Shown piece after piece: positions 42,788 to 53,239 of a stretch of 64,000 nt of DNA. Each line of letters starts with the position of its first letter. Positions within the stretch are counted from its first letter, which is position 1. The DNA is from Gemmatimonadota bacterium (lineage in GTDB: Bacteria; Gemmatimonadota; Gemmatimonadetes; Palauibacterales; KS3-K002), in assembly GCA_036475815.1 (NCBI GenBank), contig JAZGAL010000012.1, positions 1,969 to 65,968 of the forward strand, given 5' to 3'. Under the pieces are notes generated by a model. That model was not told the DNA's origin. It saw only the letters and a list, made by a program, of their open reading frames with translations, and did no database searches. Position numbers and translations under genes: made by a program.

Positions 42788-43885
42788 ATGAATCGTCCGA
42801 CGCGCCGCGAGTTTCTGAAGGCGGGAGCGATGGTGGGGTTGGGCGCGCTGGGCAGCGACCTGGTAGGGGCGCCGCCTCTGGTGGCGAACGTGCTTGGTGC
42901 CAGGCGCGGACAACAGGGTCAGGGTCGCCCCGTCGTGGTCGCCAGTGCCAATGGGCTACGAGCTACGGAGCGGGCGATGCAGCTATTGCAGGATGGTGCG
43001 GACACGCTCGACGCCGTGGTGGAGGGTGTCGGCATCGTCGAAGCGGATCCCGAAGACCGGAGCGTCGGCTACGGAGGACTCCCAAACGCACTGGGCGTTG
43101 TTCAGCTCGACTCCTCAGTGATGCACGGACCCACCCGGGGCGCTGGGGCGGTTGGCGCGCTGGAGGGCTTCAAACATCCTGCACAAGTGGCGAGGGCGAT
43201 CATGCAGTACACCGATCACGTCTTCTTGGTCGGCGTCGGCGCCGCTGCCTTTGCGGACGAGATGGGTTTCCAGAGAGAGGATCTACTGACGGATGAGGCG
43301 CGGCGGATCTGGCTCCGCTGGCGGGCGGGTCTGAGTCCGAATGACGACTACCTGACGCCGGAACAGTCAGAGGAGGAGATCGGCGGGTTCGGGCTGCTGG
43401 ATGCGTGGGAGGGAAAGCGGCATTACGGTACGATCAACTGTTGTGCGTTGGACGCGGCGGGCAACCTGTCCGGCACGACCACGACGTCCGGTCTTGCGTT
43501 CAAGGTGCCGGGCCGAGTAGGAGACAGCCCTATCATCGGTGCCGGCCTTTACGTCGATGACGATGTCGGTGCGGCGGGATCGACCGGGCGCGGCGAGGCG
43601 GTGATAAAATCCTGCGGATCCATGCTGGTGGTTGAGCAGATGCGGCGTGGCGCCAACCCTGTCGACGCTTGCCTGGAAGCACTGCGTCGAATTGTGCACT
43701 ATACCGTGGAAAAGCGACTGCTCGACGATGAAGGGCAGCCCAACTTCAACGTCAACTTTTACGCCGTGAACAAGCGTGGCGAGCACGGCGCGGCCGCTAT
43801 CTGGTCCGGAGCCCGTTACGCCGTGTATGATTCTGAAGGTAACCGCCACGAGGACAGCGCTTATCTGTTCGAGCGGGAAGGCTAG
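42788..43885 (+). CDS. Ntn-hydrolase of the asparaginase-2 family (glycosylasparaginase/isoaspartyl peptidase-like), Tat-exported
   Basis: MNRPTRREFLKAGAMVGLGALG twin-arginine signal. HYGTINCCALD (autoprocessing Thr), GRVGDSPIIGAG, GRGEAVIK. Confidence 0.8.
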   Translation: MNRPTRREFLKAGAMVGLGALGSDLVGAPPLVANVLGARRGQQGQGRPVVVASANGLRATERAMQLLQDGADTLDAVVEGVGIVEADPEDRSVGYGGLPNALGVVQLDSSVMHGPTRGAGAVGALEGFKHPAQVARAIMQYTDHVFLVGVGAAAFADEMGFQREDLLTDEARRIWLRWRAGLSPNDDYLTPEQSEEEIGGFGLLDAWEGKRHYGTINCCALDAAGNLSGTTTTSGLAFKVPGRVGDSPIIGAGLYVDDDVGAAGSTGRGEAVIKSCGSMLVVEQMRRGANPVDACLEALRRIVHYTVEKRLLDDEGQPNFNVNFYAVNKRGEHGAAAIWSGARYAVYDSEGNRHEDSAYLFEREG

Positions 43886-43902
43886 CCTGTAGAGAGGATA
43901 AG

Positions 43903-44643
43903 ATGGACGAGCTTGATCGCCTCTACTTCGAGCTTGTGGAAATCCTTCGCCGTGAGCGCCCACAGGCGTTGAGCGAGCCCTTCACCGTCCTCGAACTGCA
44001 CGATTCATTGATCCCTTACCGTCGCGTTCGTGATCCGGCGGGTTTGCGGTCCAACGACGACTACGAGGCCGCCCTCTCGCACTTCCTCGCCGGCGAGCGC
44101 GGCTACCTGCTGAGCGACGGCAATATGCAGGAGGAGGTGCTTGCGGGCCTCGACGAGACGCTGCCTGACATCCGCCGCTACCGGGCCTTTCCCGACACAC
44201 GCATCTGGCTCAACTCAGAAGTGATCCCGCCGCCGGGTGATATACGCTACGCGCCTCCAGAACTGCGTGAGCAGAGCGCATGGGCGGCCCCGGAGGCCGG
44301 AGCCACGCATGAGGCTCCTGAACCGGCCGAGCGGGAAGAGCAAGAGGTCGAGATCGACGCACAGGGAGAATTCTCGGCGGAGCCTGAGGCCGTTCCGGAA
44401 CCCGAGCTTCATGCCGAGGGGACGGTACTGGAGCTCCATCCACTGGTGGAACCGCCGACCGCTCTGGAGATCTGTCCCCAGTGCGATGCCGCTCTTCCTG
44501 AGGATGTCTCGTTCTGCCCGTTCTGCGGCTCCCGCCTGTCACCTGAGACCTGCCAGACCTGTGGCGCCGAGATGGACGCGGCCTGGCGCTTCTGCGCGGT
44601 GTGCGGAACGCCCAGGGTGGTAGGACCTCCCGATCCTGCTTGA
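43903..44643 (+). CDS. Hypothetical protein with C-terminal double zinc ribbon
   Basis: CPQCDAALPEDVSFCPFCGSRL and CQTCGAEMDAAWRFCAVCGTP. GAGAGGA SD. Confidence 0.6.
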   Translation: MDELDRLYFELVEILRRERPQALSEPFTVLELHDSLIPYRRVRDPAGLRSNDDYEAALSHFLAGERGYLLSDGNMQEEVLAGLDETLPDIRRYRAFPDTRIWLNSEVIPPPGDIRYAPPELREQSAWAAPEAGATHEAPEPAEREEQEVEIDAQGEFSAEPEAVPEPELHAEGTVLELHPLVEPPTALEICPQCDAALPEDVSFCPFCGSRLSPETCQTCGAEMDAAWRFCAVCGTPRVVGPPDPA

Positions 44644-44809
44644 CGGGCGCTGGGCCGCCAGGTATCATTTGCACCCGTATCTCCCAAGTATTCTGAATCG
44701 GCAACCAGCCAGCTACAGGCCCCGACCGTCTGACGTGTGCTTGAGTTGGTCTGTGCGCGGGGTCGCGCCCTTGAAGGCGGGCCTCTGATAATCACGATGG
44801 AGGAGTAAG

Positions 44810-45295
44810 ATGTTTCGGATTCGTAGTATGACGGCACTTGGCCTCATGATCGGCCTCTCGGCCGTGTTCGCCTGTGGCGGTGGCGAGGCAGGTCAGCAGC
44901 AAGCGGCCGCCGGTGACGTGGCTTCCGGCGAGACGTCCGGGTCGACCGCTATGGCGGAAACCCAGGATACGGTCGCTCAGCAAGGTGATGCACTGCCCGA
45001 GGGTGTCACGGTAGAGATGGTTGCGCAGGGCAAGGATATCTATGCCGGAGCCGGACTTTGCTTCGTTTGCCACGGAGCGGATGGATCGGGGCTGCCCGGC
45101 CTCGGCGCCGACCTTACGGATGACGAGTGGATCCACAGCGACGGCTCCTACGAGGGCATCGCTGAGACCGTGATGACCGGCGTGGACGCCAGCAAGGCGA
45201 CGACGGGAACGGCGATGGCTGCGAAGGGTGGCAGCGGCATCACGGATGACCAGGTAAAGGCTGTAGCCGCTTACGTTTACACGCTGCGCAACTAG
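44810..45295 (+). CDS. Class I c-type cytochrome, probable lipoprotein
   Basis: GGAGGAG SD. LSAVFACGGG lipobox-like. CFVCHGADGSG heme-binding CxxCH. A distal Met ligand region is present. Confidence 0.8.
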   Translation: MFRIRSMTALGLMIGLSAVFACGGGEAGQQQAAAGDVASGETSGSTAMAETQDTVAQQGDALPEGVTVEMVAQGKDIYAGAGLCFVCHGADGSGLPGLGADLTDDEWIHSDGSYEGIAETVMTGVDASKATTGTAMAAKGGSGITDDQVKAVAAYVYTLRN

Positions 45296-45384
45296 AGCGT
45301 TTCCTCGGTAATAAGAACGCGTACTTGGCGGGTCGGGTACGGCCCCTCGCTTCATGTCGCGGTGGGGGTTCGGCACGGCGTGAG

Positions 45385-45408
45385 CCCCCGCCCCCCCCGC
45401 CCCCGCCC
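45385..45408 (+). repeat. C-run tract C5-G-C8-G-C5-G-C3 (G-quadruplex/i-motif-type sequence)
   Basis: Read directly: cccccgccccccccgcccccgccc. On the minus strand this gives four G-runs of 3 or more separated by single C loops. Confidence 0.9.
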
Positions 45409-45660
45409 AACCTCCGCTTCTTGCCGGTTGGCCGCTAGCCATTCGACGATCTCCGGATTGGACGGGTCTTATCCCCACTCCCGGCTCGCGCGAGCATGTC
45501 TCGACGGCTAACTTTAAGAGCCAGAAATAATCGCCGGTGTGAGCCGCGCTGAGTGGTGCCGTCGGTAACACTTGGCCCACGTGTCGCGGAGGTGGGGCCG
45601 AGGCGGGGCTTGGCCGCTCAAATTGCTCGACGTTCCCGCACTATCCGGGGGGAGGTTGAT

Positions 45661-46545
45661 TTGGAGATCTTACTAGGAGCACTCGCGGTGGCCGGCGCCA
45701 CAGCCTTGGCCACCAGTCTGAGGGTCCTTTGGGAGTACGAGCGGGCGGTGGTGTTCAGGCTGGGCCGTCTGCGCAAGGAGCGGGGGCCCGGGCTCATCTT
45801 TCTCGTGCCTTTCGGCATCGAGCGCATGCAACGGGTCAGCCTGCGCATCATTGCGATGGACATACCGCCGCAGGACGTGATCACAAAGGATAACGTGTCG
45901 GTGAGGGTGAACGCGGTCCTCTACTTCCGCGTGAACGTGCCGGTGAAAGCGATCGTCGTGGTCGAGGATTTTCTGTTCGCCACATCGCAGCTCGCGCAGA
46001 CGACGCTTCGGTCGGTGATCGGGCAGGCGGAACTGGACGAACTGCTCACCGAGCGCGAGAAATACAACGAGATGATGCGCGAGTCCATCGATGTGCAGAC
46101 GGACACCTGGGGCATCGAGGTCACCGCGGTCGAGGTGAAAGACGTCGACCTGCCTCAGGAGATGAAGCGGGCGATAGCCCGGCAGGCCGAGGCCGAGCGC
46201 GAGCGACGCGCCAAGGTCGTCAACGCGCTGGGTGAGTATCAGGCGTCGCGCAAGCTCGTGTCCGCCGCGAAGATCATGAGCGCCGACCCCGTGGCTCTGC
46301 AGCTTCGCTTCCTGCAGACGGTCGCTGAGATCGCGACGGAGAACAACTCGACGACGCTGTTCCCGATACCGATAGATCTCTTCAAGCCCTTCATGCGGGC
46401 CGCGGCAAGGGGTTTGCCGGAGGAGGAGGCCGAGCAGGAAGAGGAGGGTGTAGAGGAAGAGGTCCCGGAATTGCCGGCCCCCGAGCAAGTGCCCGGGCGG
46501 CTCGCGTCCGGCGAGCCCGTTCGGGTCGAGAAGAAGCACAGCTGA
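45661..46545 (+). CDS. SPFH/Band 7 (stomatin-like) protein
   Basis: In-frame TTG at 45661 preceded by a GGGGGGAGG SD (ORF-track start 45553 is unsupported). [12 protein letters not shown]...PGLIFLVPF...[20 protein letters not shown], then [10 protein letters not shown]. Confidence 0.85.
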   Translation: MEILLGALAVAGATALATSLRVLWEYERAVVFRLGRLRKERGPGLIFLVPFGIERMQRVSLRIIAMDIPPQDVITKDNVSVRVNAVLYFRVNVPVKAIVVVEDFLFATSQLAQTTLRSVIGQAELDELLTEREKYNEMMRESIDVQTDTWGIEVTAVEVKDVDLPQEMKRAIARQAEAERERRAKVVNALGEYQASRKLVSAAKIMSADPVALQLRFLQTVAEIATENNSTTLFPIPIDLFKPFMRAAARGLPEEEAEQEEEGVEEEVPELPAPEQVPGRLASGEPVRVEKKHS

Positions 46546-46580
46546 TGTTCCGAGGGAAGTGGCGGGACTGAGAGTCGGTC

Positions 46581-47387
46581 ATGGACGAGGCTGGGCAGGG
46601 GCGCTATCTGACGCAGCGGGACCTCGAGGTCGTCATCCGGCGCGCGGCCGAGCTCGACTTACAGACCGGCGGCGCGACGCCGGAGCTCAGTGAGGGGGAC
46701 GTGCTCCGCATCGCCAGCGAGGTAGGTCTGTCAGAAGCCAGCGTGCGCCGCGCCCTGGCGGAGTACGACGCCGGCGCGAGCGGTGGTCTGCTGGTTGACA
46801 GGGGCTGGGTCTCGCGCGTGTGCGGACCTGGGCTTCTGACGGCGACGCGCACGGTCCCCCGCCCGGCGGAGGAGGTGCGACACGAGCTCGAGTCCCACTT
46901 CCAGACGAACGAGAGCCTGCGACTGGTCAGGCGGATCCGGTCCGCATCGATGTGGGAGCCGGATCGTGGCGTGGTGGCTTCGCTGATGCGGGGCCTGGAC
47001 CTGCTCGGGCGAGGTTATCAGCTGGCGAAGAAGGGCCAGGCCGTCGAGCTGCAGGTGGTCCCATTGGGCGAGGAGTCCAGCCAGGTATCGCTGACCATGG
47101 ACCTGGCCAACCAGCGCGCGGGCTGGTTCTGGGGGCTGGGTATCGCGGCAGGCGGTTCCGCGATGGCGGCGGCAAGCGTCTTCATCCTCGGTCTGCCAGC
47201 GGGACCTCCCGATTTTGTGGCTCTGGGTACGCCGCTCTTGCTGGGCCTCTCAATCACACTCGCCCGGGCCGGTTACCGGCGCGCGGTTGGAAAGGTGCGC
47301 TTGGTCCTCGACGGTCTGCTGGACCGCATGGAGCACGACGAGCCTCTGGAACCACCCAGGCCATCATGGCGGGACTTGCTGAGGTAG
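46581..47387 (+). CDS. Hypothetical membrane protein downstream of the SPFH gene
   Basis: 268-aa ORF. Soluble N-half and two C-terminal hydrophobic helices (WFWGLGIAAGGSAMAAASVFILGL, ALGTPLLLGLSITLA). No NfeD motifs recognised. Confidence 0.55.
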   Translation: MDEAGQGRYLTQRDLEVVIRRAAELDLQTGGATPELSEGDVLRIASEVGLSEASVRRALAEYDAGASGGLLVDRGWVSRVCGPGLLTATRTVPRPAEEVRHELESHFQTNESLRLVRRIRSASMWEPDRGVVASLMRGLDLLGRGYQLAKKGQAVELQVVPLGEESSQVSLTMDLANQRAGWFWGLGIAAGGSAMAAASVFILGLPAGPPDFVALGTPLLLGLSITLARAGYRRAVGKVRLVLDGLLDRMEHDEPLEPPRPSWRDLLR

Positions 47388-47467
47388 ACTCTGTCTGACG
47401 AGCATTGCGAAACCCGTACCGCCGTACCGCCGTTGCTCAGGAGGATGATTAGCGGGACCGATCAGCT

Positions 47468-47932
47468 ATGCTACGCTATCGAGCCACGATCCTGACGTTT
47501 CTGGTGGCGCTGCTTATGGCCGCCGGCGCTCTGGGCCAGGCCGGGTGCGACTCTTCTCGTGACCGCCCGACCGGGCTGGGTAGCGCCTTGCCGCCGACCA
47601 GCGTTACGGTCGTAGAGCCGCAGACCAACAAAATGGTTCCCGCGGACTCGATCGAGACCATAGTCATCCAGGCCACAGGCAGCCTGGTTGCCGTGGAGTT
47701 CTTCCTCAAGCGAAGTTCGCTGCCCGATACGCTGGCCAGGGGACGGAGGGATTTCGGGAGGACGCAGGAGTCCATAGAGGTGGAGTTCGATGTGAGGATC
47801 CCCGACCTGGTGACCGGCACGCATCTGGTGATACGCGGGGTCGCAGAGGACCTGGCAGGCGAGCTGCACTTCTCCGAGCCGGTTGTGGTTCAGGTGATCG
47901 AGTGCGACCTCTTCCCGACGGCCTGTGAGTAG
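47468..47932 (+). CDS. Hypothetical lipoprotein
   Basis: LLMAAGALGQAGCDSS lipobox. Beta-rich 154-aa body. Confidence 0.6.
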   Translation: MLRYRATILTFLVALLMAAGALGQAGCDSSRDRPTGLGSALPPTSVTVVEPQTNKMVPADSIETIVIQATGSLVAVEFFLKRSSLPDTLARGRRDFGRTQESIEVEFDVRIPDLVTGTHLVIRGVAEDLAGELHFSEPVVVQVIECDLFPTACE

Positions 47933-47979
47933 CCGGAGCGGCGTGTAGGTGCTTTTCCATCGCGAAAAAACGTACGAAA

Positions 47980-47994
47980 TTGACCGCCGGTCAA
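47980..47994. promoter_or_regulatory. Perfect 7-bp inverted repeat TTGACCG-c-CGGTCAA upstream of the recF promoter (candidate operator)
   Basis: Read directly. Lies 14 nt upstream of the -35 element. Confidence 0.4.
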
Positions 47995-48007
47995 ACGGCG
48001 GCCGACC

Positions 48008-48035
48008 TTGAAAGAGCCGCTATATCACCTATATT
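48008..48035 (+). promoter_or_regulatory. Sigma70-type promoter positioned for a leaderless recF transcript
   Basis: TTGAAA (48008-13), 16-nt spacer, TATATT (48030-35). The recF GTG begins at 48042, 6 nt after the -10, and no SD is present. Confidence 0.5.
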
Positions 48036-48041
48036 TTCTAG

Positions 48042-49184
48042 GTGTTTCTCCAGAGGTTGGCCCTCCGGAATTTTCGGAATTTCGAGGACGAGGTCGTAGA
48101 GTTCCCAGAGCGCGGCGCCGCCTTGATCGGCGACAACGGTCATGGCAAGACCAACCTGCTCGAGGCTGTCTACTATCTCGAGATCTTCCGCTCGTTCCGG
48201 GGGGCGCGCGATGAGCAAATCATAAGCTTCGGGAGCGAGCACTTCCGGGTCGAGGGGCGGCTCTCAGGTGGTGACTCGGGCGAGGATGTGGCGGTGGCGG
48301 CGGGCTACGCGCGCGAGGGTCGCTGCAAGAAGGTCACTCTTGATGGCAAGGAGCCCGCCCGGGTGGGCGAAGCCATCGGACGGCTCGGCGCCATCGTGTT
48401 CACGGCCAGCGACGTCGAGATCGTCGCCGGCGGGCCCGGCGCGCGGCGACGCTTCCTGGACATCACGCTCTCACTGGTCGAGCCTGGGTATCTGCCGCTA
48501 CTGCAACGCTACCGGCAGATTCTGTCGCAGCGCAACGGGCTGTTGCGCGACGGAGCGAGCGCGACCGAGTTGGCGGCTTGGAACGAGGGACTCGTGGACG
48601 CGGGCAGCCGCATATCCGAGGCGCGTGCTCGCTGGGTCTCATCCAGGCAGGCCGCCTTCTCGCGCTATTATTCCGCGATCTCGGGCGGCCAGGCGGGCGG
48701 GTTGGAATACGTCCCCTCGATTCCCGAGCCTGCGCGCGGCACGGTAGCGGAGACCGCACAGGTGGAATTGTGGGCGGAGGCATTCAGCGACCAGCTCGAG
48801 CGACTCGCGGAGAGGGAACGGCGTCGGGGCCTAACGGTTGTCGGACCGCACCGGGACGACCTCAGCTTCTGGGTAGCCGGCGGCCTCGAGTCCGTGCGGT
48901 TGAGAAGCTTCGGCTCGGCCGGGCAGCAGCGCACGGCTGCCGTCGCATTGCGGATGGTGGAGGCGGAGACGCTGCGGGTATCGCGGGGCCGGCGGCCGAT
49001 CGTGATGCTGGACGACGTCTTCGCCGAACTCGATCCGCAGCGAGCTGAGCGGGTGGTCGAGCTGTTGACTGCGGAGGAGTGGGGTCAGATTCTCGTGACT
49101 TCCCCCAAACCGAGCGAGTTCGCGTTCATGGGCGATGTCCTCGCTCCTTACCGGATCGAGGGCGGTAAGGTGCGCCCGGTATGA
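48042..49184 (+). CDS. recF: DNA replication and repair protein RecF
   Basis: MFLQRLALRNFRNFEDEVVEFPERGAALIGDNGHGKTNLLEAVYYLE (Walker A), SAGQQR (signature), VMLDDVFAELD (Walker B). The N-terminus aligns residue-for-residue with the E. coli RecF start. Confidence 0.9.
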   Translation: MFLQRLALRNFRNFEDEVVEFPERGAALIGDNGHGKTNLLEAVYYLEIFRSFRGARDEQIISFGSEHFRVEGRLSGGDSGEDVAVAAGYAREGRCKKVTLDGKEPARVGEAIGRLGAIVFTASDVEIVAGGPGARRRFLDITLSLVEPGYLPLLQRYRQILSQRNGLLRDGASATELAAWNEGLVDAGSRISEARARWVSSRQAAFSRYYSAISGGQAGGLEYVPSIPEPARGTVAETAQVELWAEAFSDQLERLAERERRRGLTVVGPHRDDLSFWVAGGLESVRLRSFGSAGQQRTAAVALRMVEAETLRVSRGRRPIVMLDDVFAELDPQRAERVVELLTAEEWGQILVTSPKPSEFAFMGDVLAPYRIEGGKVRPV

Positions 49185-49495
49185 GCGAGAAGCGCGGCGG
49201 AGCTCCTGAACGCGTCGGCACACTGCTCGAGGGTCTGCTGCGGTCGCATGATCTGGTGGAGGGCGTAGAGCGAGCCTCGGTTTTCCCGGAGTGGGCCGAC
49301 CTGGTGGGTCCGCAGATCGCCCAGGTCGCTACACCGGTGGGTTTTCACCGCGCCACGCTGTTTGTCGAGGTGCGATCGTCGGCCTGGTTGATGGAATTGG
49401 AGATGATGGAGCGCCGCATGTTGGCGCAGTTGAACGCCGGCCACCGGCGCGGCAAGTTCCAAAGGATCGTGTTCAGGCTCGCCGCGGGCGACTAG
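49181..49495 (+). CDS. DUF721 (DciA-family) protein
   Basis: ATGA overlap with the recF stop. VFPEWADLVGPQIAQVATPVGFHRATLFVEVRSSAWLMELEMM pattern. Canonical recF-DUF721-gyrB position. Confidence 0.75.
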   Translation: MSEKRGGAPERVGTLLEGLLRSHDLVEGVERASVFPEWADLVGPQIAQVATPVGFHRATLFVEVRSSAWLMELEMMERRMLAQLNAGHRRGKFQRIVFRLAAGD

Positions 49496-49538
49496 CGCCG
49501 GACTTGGGGATAGAGTTGCACGGCATTCGCAGAGATGA

Positions 49539-51602
<2,064 letters not shown>

Positions 51603-51634
51603 TCCGTTACAGGTAGACGCGGATCGGGTGCGGC

Positions 51635-52909
51635 TTGGCCATGACGTACCTCAGACCCAGGGCGATCCGGCGCGCCTTTCTCGCGCTGATCGTCCTCTAT
51701 CTTGCGCTGGGCTACATCTCTCCGCGCCTGCACTGGCTTCCCACGGGAACGACCGCCGGCTCGCGTCCGGGCGACACGCCGCTTCCCGGGCCCGCAGGCC
51801 GCACGATCGCCGGTGTCCTGGGCGTCCATACGCAGCGCTCCCACGATGCCCTGGGGACCGAACTGGAGGTCGCGCGGGCCGCTCGGGCGTCCGGCCTCGA
51901 CTTCGTTATCATCACCGACCATCGCTCGGACGGCGCGCCTGACAGCCTCTGGAATCAACAGGCCCGTTACGAGGAAGGCGTCCTGCTGGTGCGGGGACAG
52001 GAGATCCCACTGGGCCACGATGTGGGGCGGCTTCTCGTCTTCGGGCTGGACACCACCATCACCCGCTGGGACGGCGAGCTCCGGACCTTCACGCAGCAGC
52101 TGATCGACGACAGCGCCACCGCCATCGTCGCCCATTCGCGCAGCCCGAGGACACGGGACAGCTGGCGGCCCCGGGAGACGCCAGGCATCGTGGGCTGGGA
52201 GGTCTTCGATCTGGCTGATATCGGCCGCGCCCGTCTCGCCGATCCATGGGTCGTCTACCACCTGCTCGCCCTCGCCGCGAGCGCTCCTATCGGTCGCACG
52301 CATGAGAGCCTCCTGCGGCTTCACCGCGAAGGCTTCGATCAGCCGGCGGTGGTGGCCTACGATTCGCTTTATGCTCGCGCACCCCTCATCGCACTCGCTG
52401 CGCTCGACGCTCATCCCAAGAAACGTATCGGCGGGCGCCTTCTGCCCGCCTACGAGCCGTTCTTCAAGAGCATGGTCAATCATATCAGGCTGGACGGGCC
52501 GCTGCCGGGTGAGCCGGAGGAAGCGATGGGCGTCCTCGCGGCAGGCCTGCTGGCTGGCCGCGTCTTCATCTCCTTTGGAGACACCGAAGCCGCAAGGGAC
52601 TTCGTGCTTGCCCTGGACGCGGGTAGAATGCCCGCAGTGTGGCCGGAGGAGCAGTTCCCGTGGGAGCGGGGGTTGCGCCTGCGGGCAGGGTTCCCGGGCG
52701 ACCCTGGCAAACGCTTTATCTACAGGGTCGTGCGCGATGGTACGACCCTGACCTGGCTGCGCGGGAGAGAGCTGGATCGGGAGGTGGAGGAGCCCGGTGC
52801 CTATAGAGTGGAGGTCTACCGCTACACGCTGCGCGTCGGTCCGCTGATCTGGAACCTGCGTCCCTGGATCTTCTCGAACCCCATCCGGGTCGCACCGCCC
52901 GCCGGGTAG
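51635..52909 (+). CDS. PHP-domain (CehA/McbA-like) metallo-phosphoesterase, membrane-anchored
   Basis: N-terminal TM AFLALIVLYLALGYI. GVHTQRSHDALG...GLDFVIITDHRS, VAHSR. Confidence 0.7.
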   Translation: MAMTYLRPRAIRRAFLALIVLYLALGYISPRLHWLPTGTTAGSRPGDTPLPGPAGRTIAGVLGVHTQRSHDALGTELEVARAARASGLDFVIITDHRSDGAPDSLWNQQARYEEGVLLVRGQEIPLGHDVGRLLVFGLDTTITRWDGELRTFTQQLIDDSATAIVAHSRSPRTRDSWRPRETPGIVGWEVFDLADIGRARLADPWVVYHLLALAASAPIGRTHESLLRLHREGFDQPAVVAYDSLYARAPLIALAALDAHPKKRIGGRLLPAYEPFFKSMVNHIRLDGPLPGEPEEAMGVLAAGLLAGRVFISFGDTEAARDFVLALDAGRMPAVWPEEQFPWERGLRLRAGFPGDPGKRFIYRVVRDGTTLTWLRGRELDREVEEPGAYRVEVYRYTLRVGPLIWNLRPWIFSNPIRVAPPAG

Positions 52910-53009
52910 CGAACGGTCCCCGGTGCCGCATTCTAGCGCTGCTCTGGAGGTGCGGCGATTGGCCTGACATGGAACATTGGCATACGGTCGGGCGTTTCAT
53001 ATAGCGTAC

Positions 53010-53037
53010 AGACGTACTGGGTCGGAGCTGAAGTTCC
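53010..53037 (-). promoter_or_regulatory. ECF-sigma-type promoter look-alike on the minus strand
   Basis: Minus strand reads GGAACTT (53037-53031), 16 nt, CGTCT (53014-53010). An ATG follows at 53000. Roughly one such match is expected by chance in 128 kb of double-stranded sequence (my rough estimate). Confidence 0.25.
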
Positions 53038-53239
53038 CGGCTGGCGGAGGGATATCCGCGAGCAGTGGGACCGATGAGCAGGCTCGCGCTGAGCGGACCG
53101 GCGACCTATCTTGAGAAGCAAGTAGCGATGCCGTATCGCCGTGGCTTTCCGGAGCCGGAGGCCCGTCAAGTCGTGTCCGGGCGCGGGTGACTTCTAGCCT
53201 CCGTATCCGACGTAGTAGCTGGGTTGTCTGGAGGACCCG

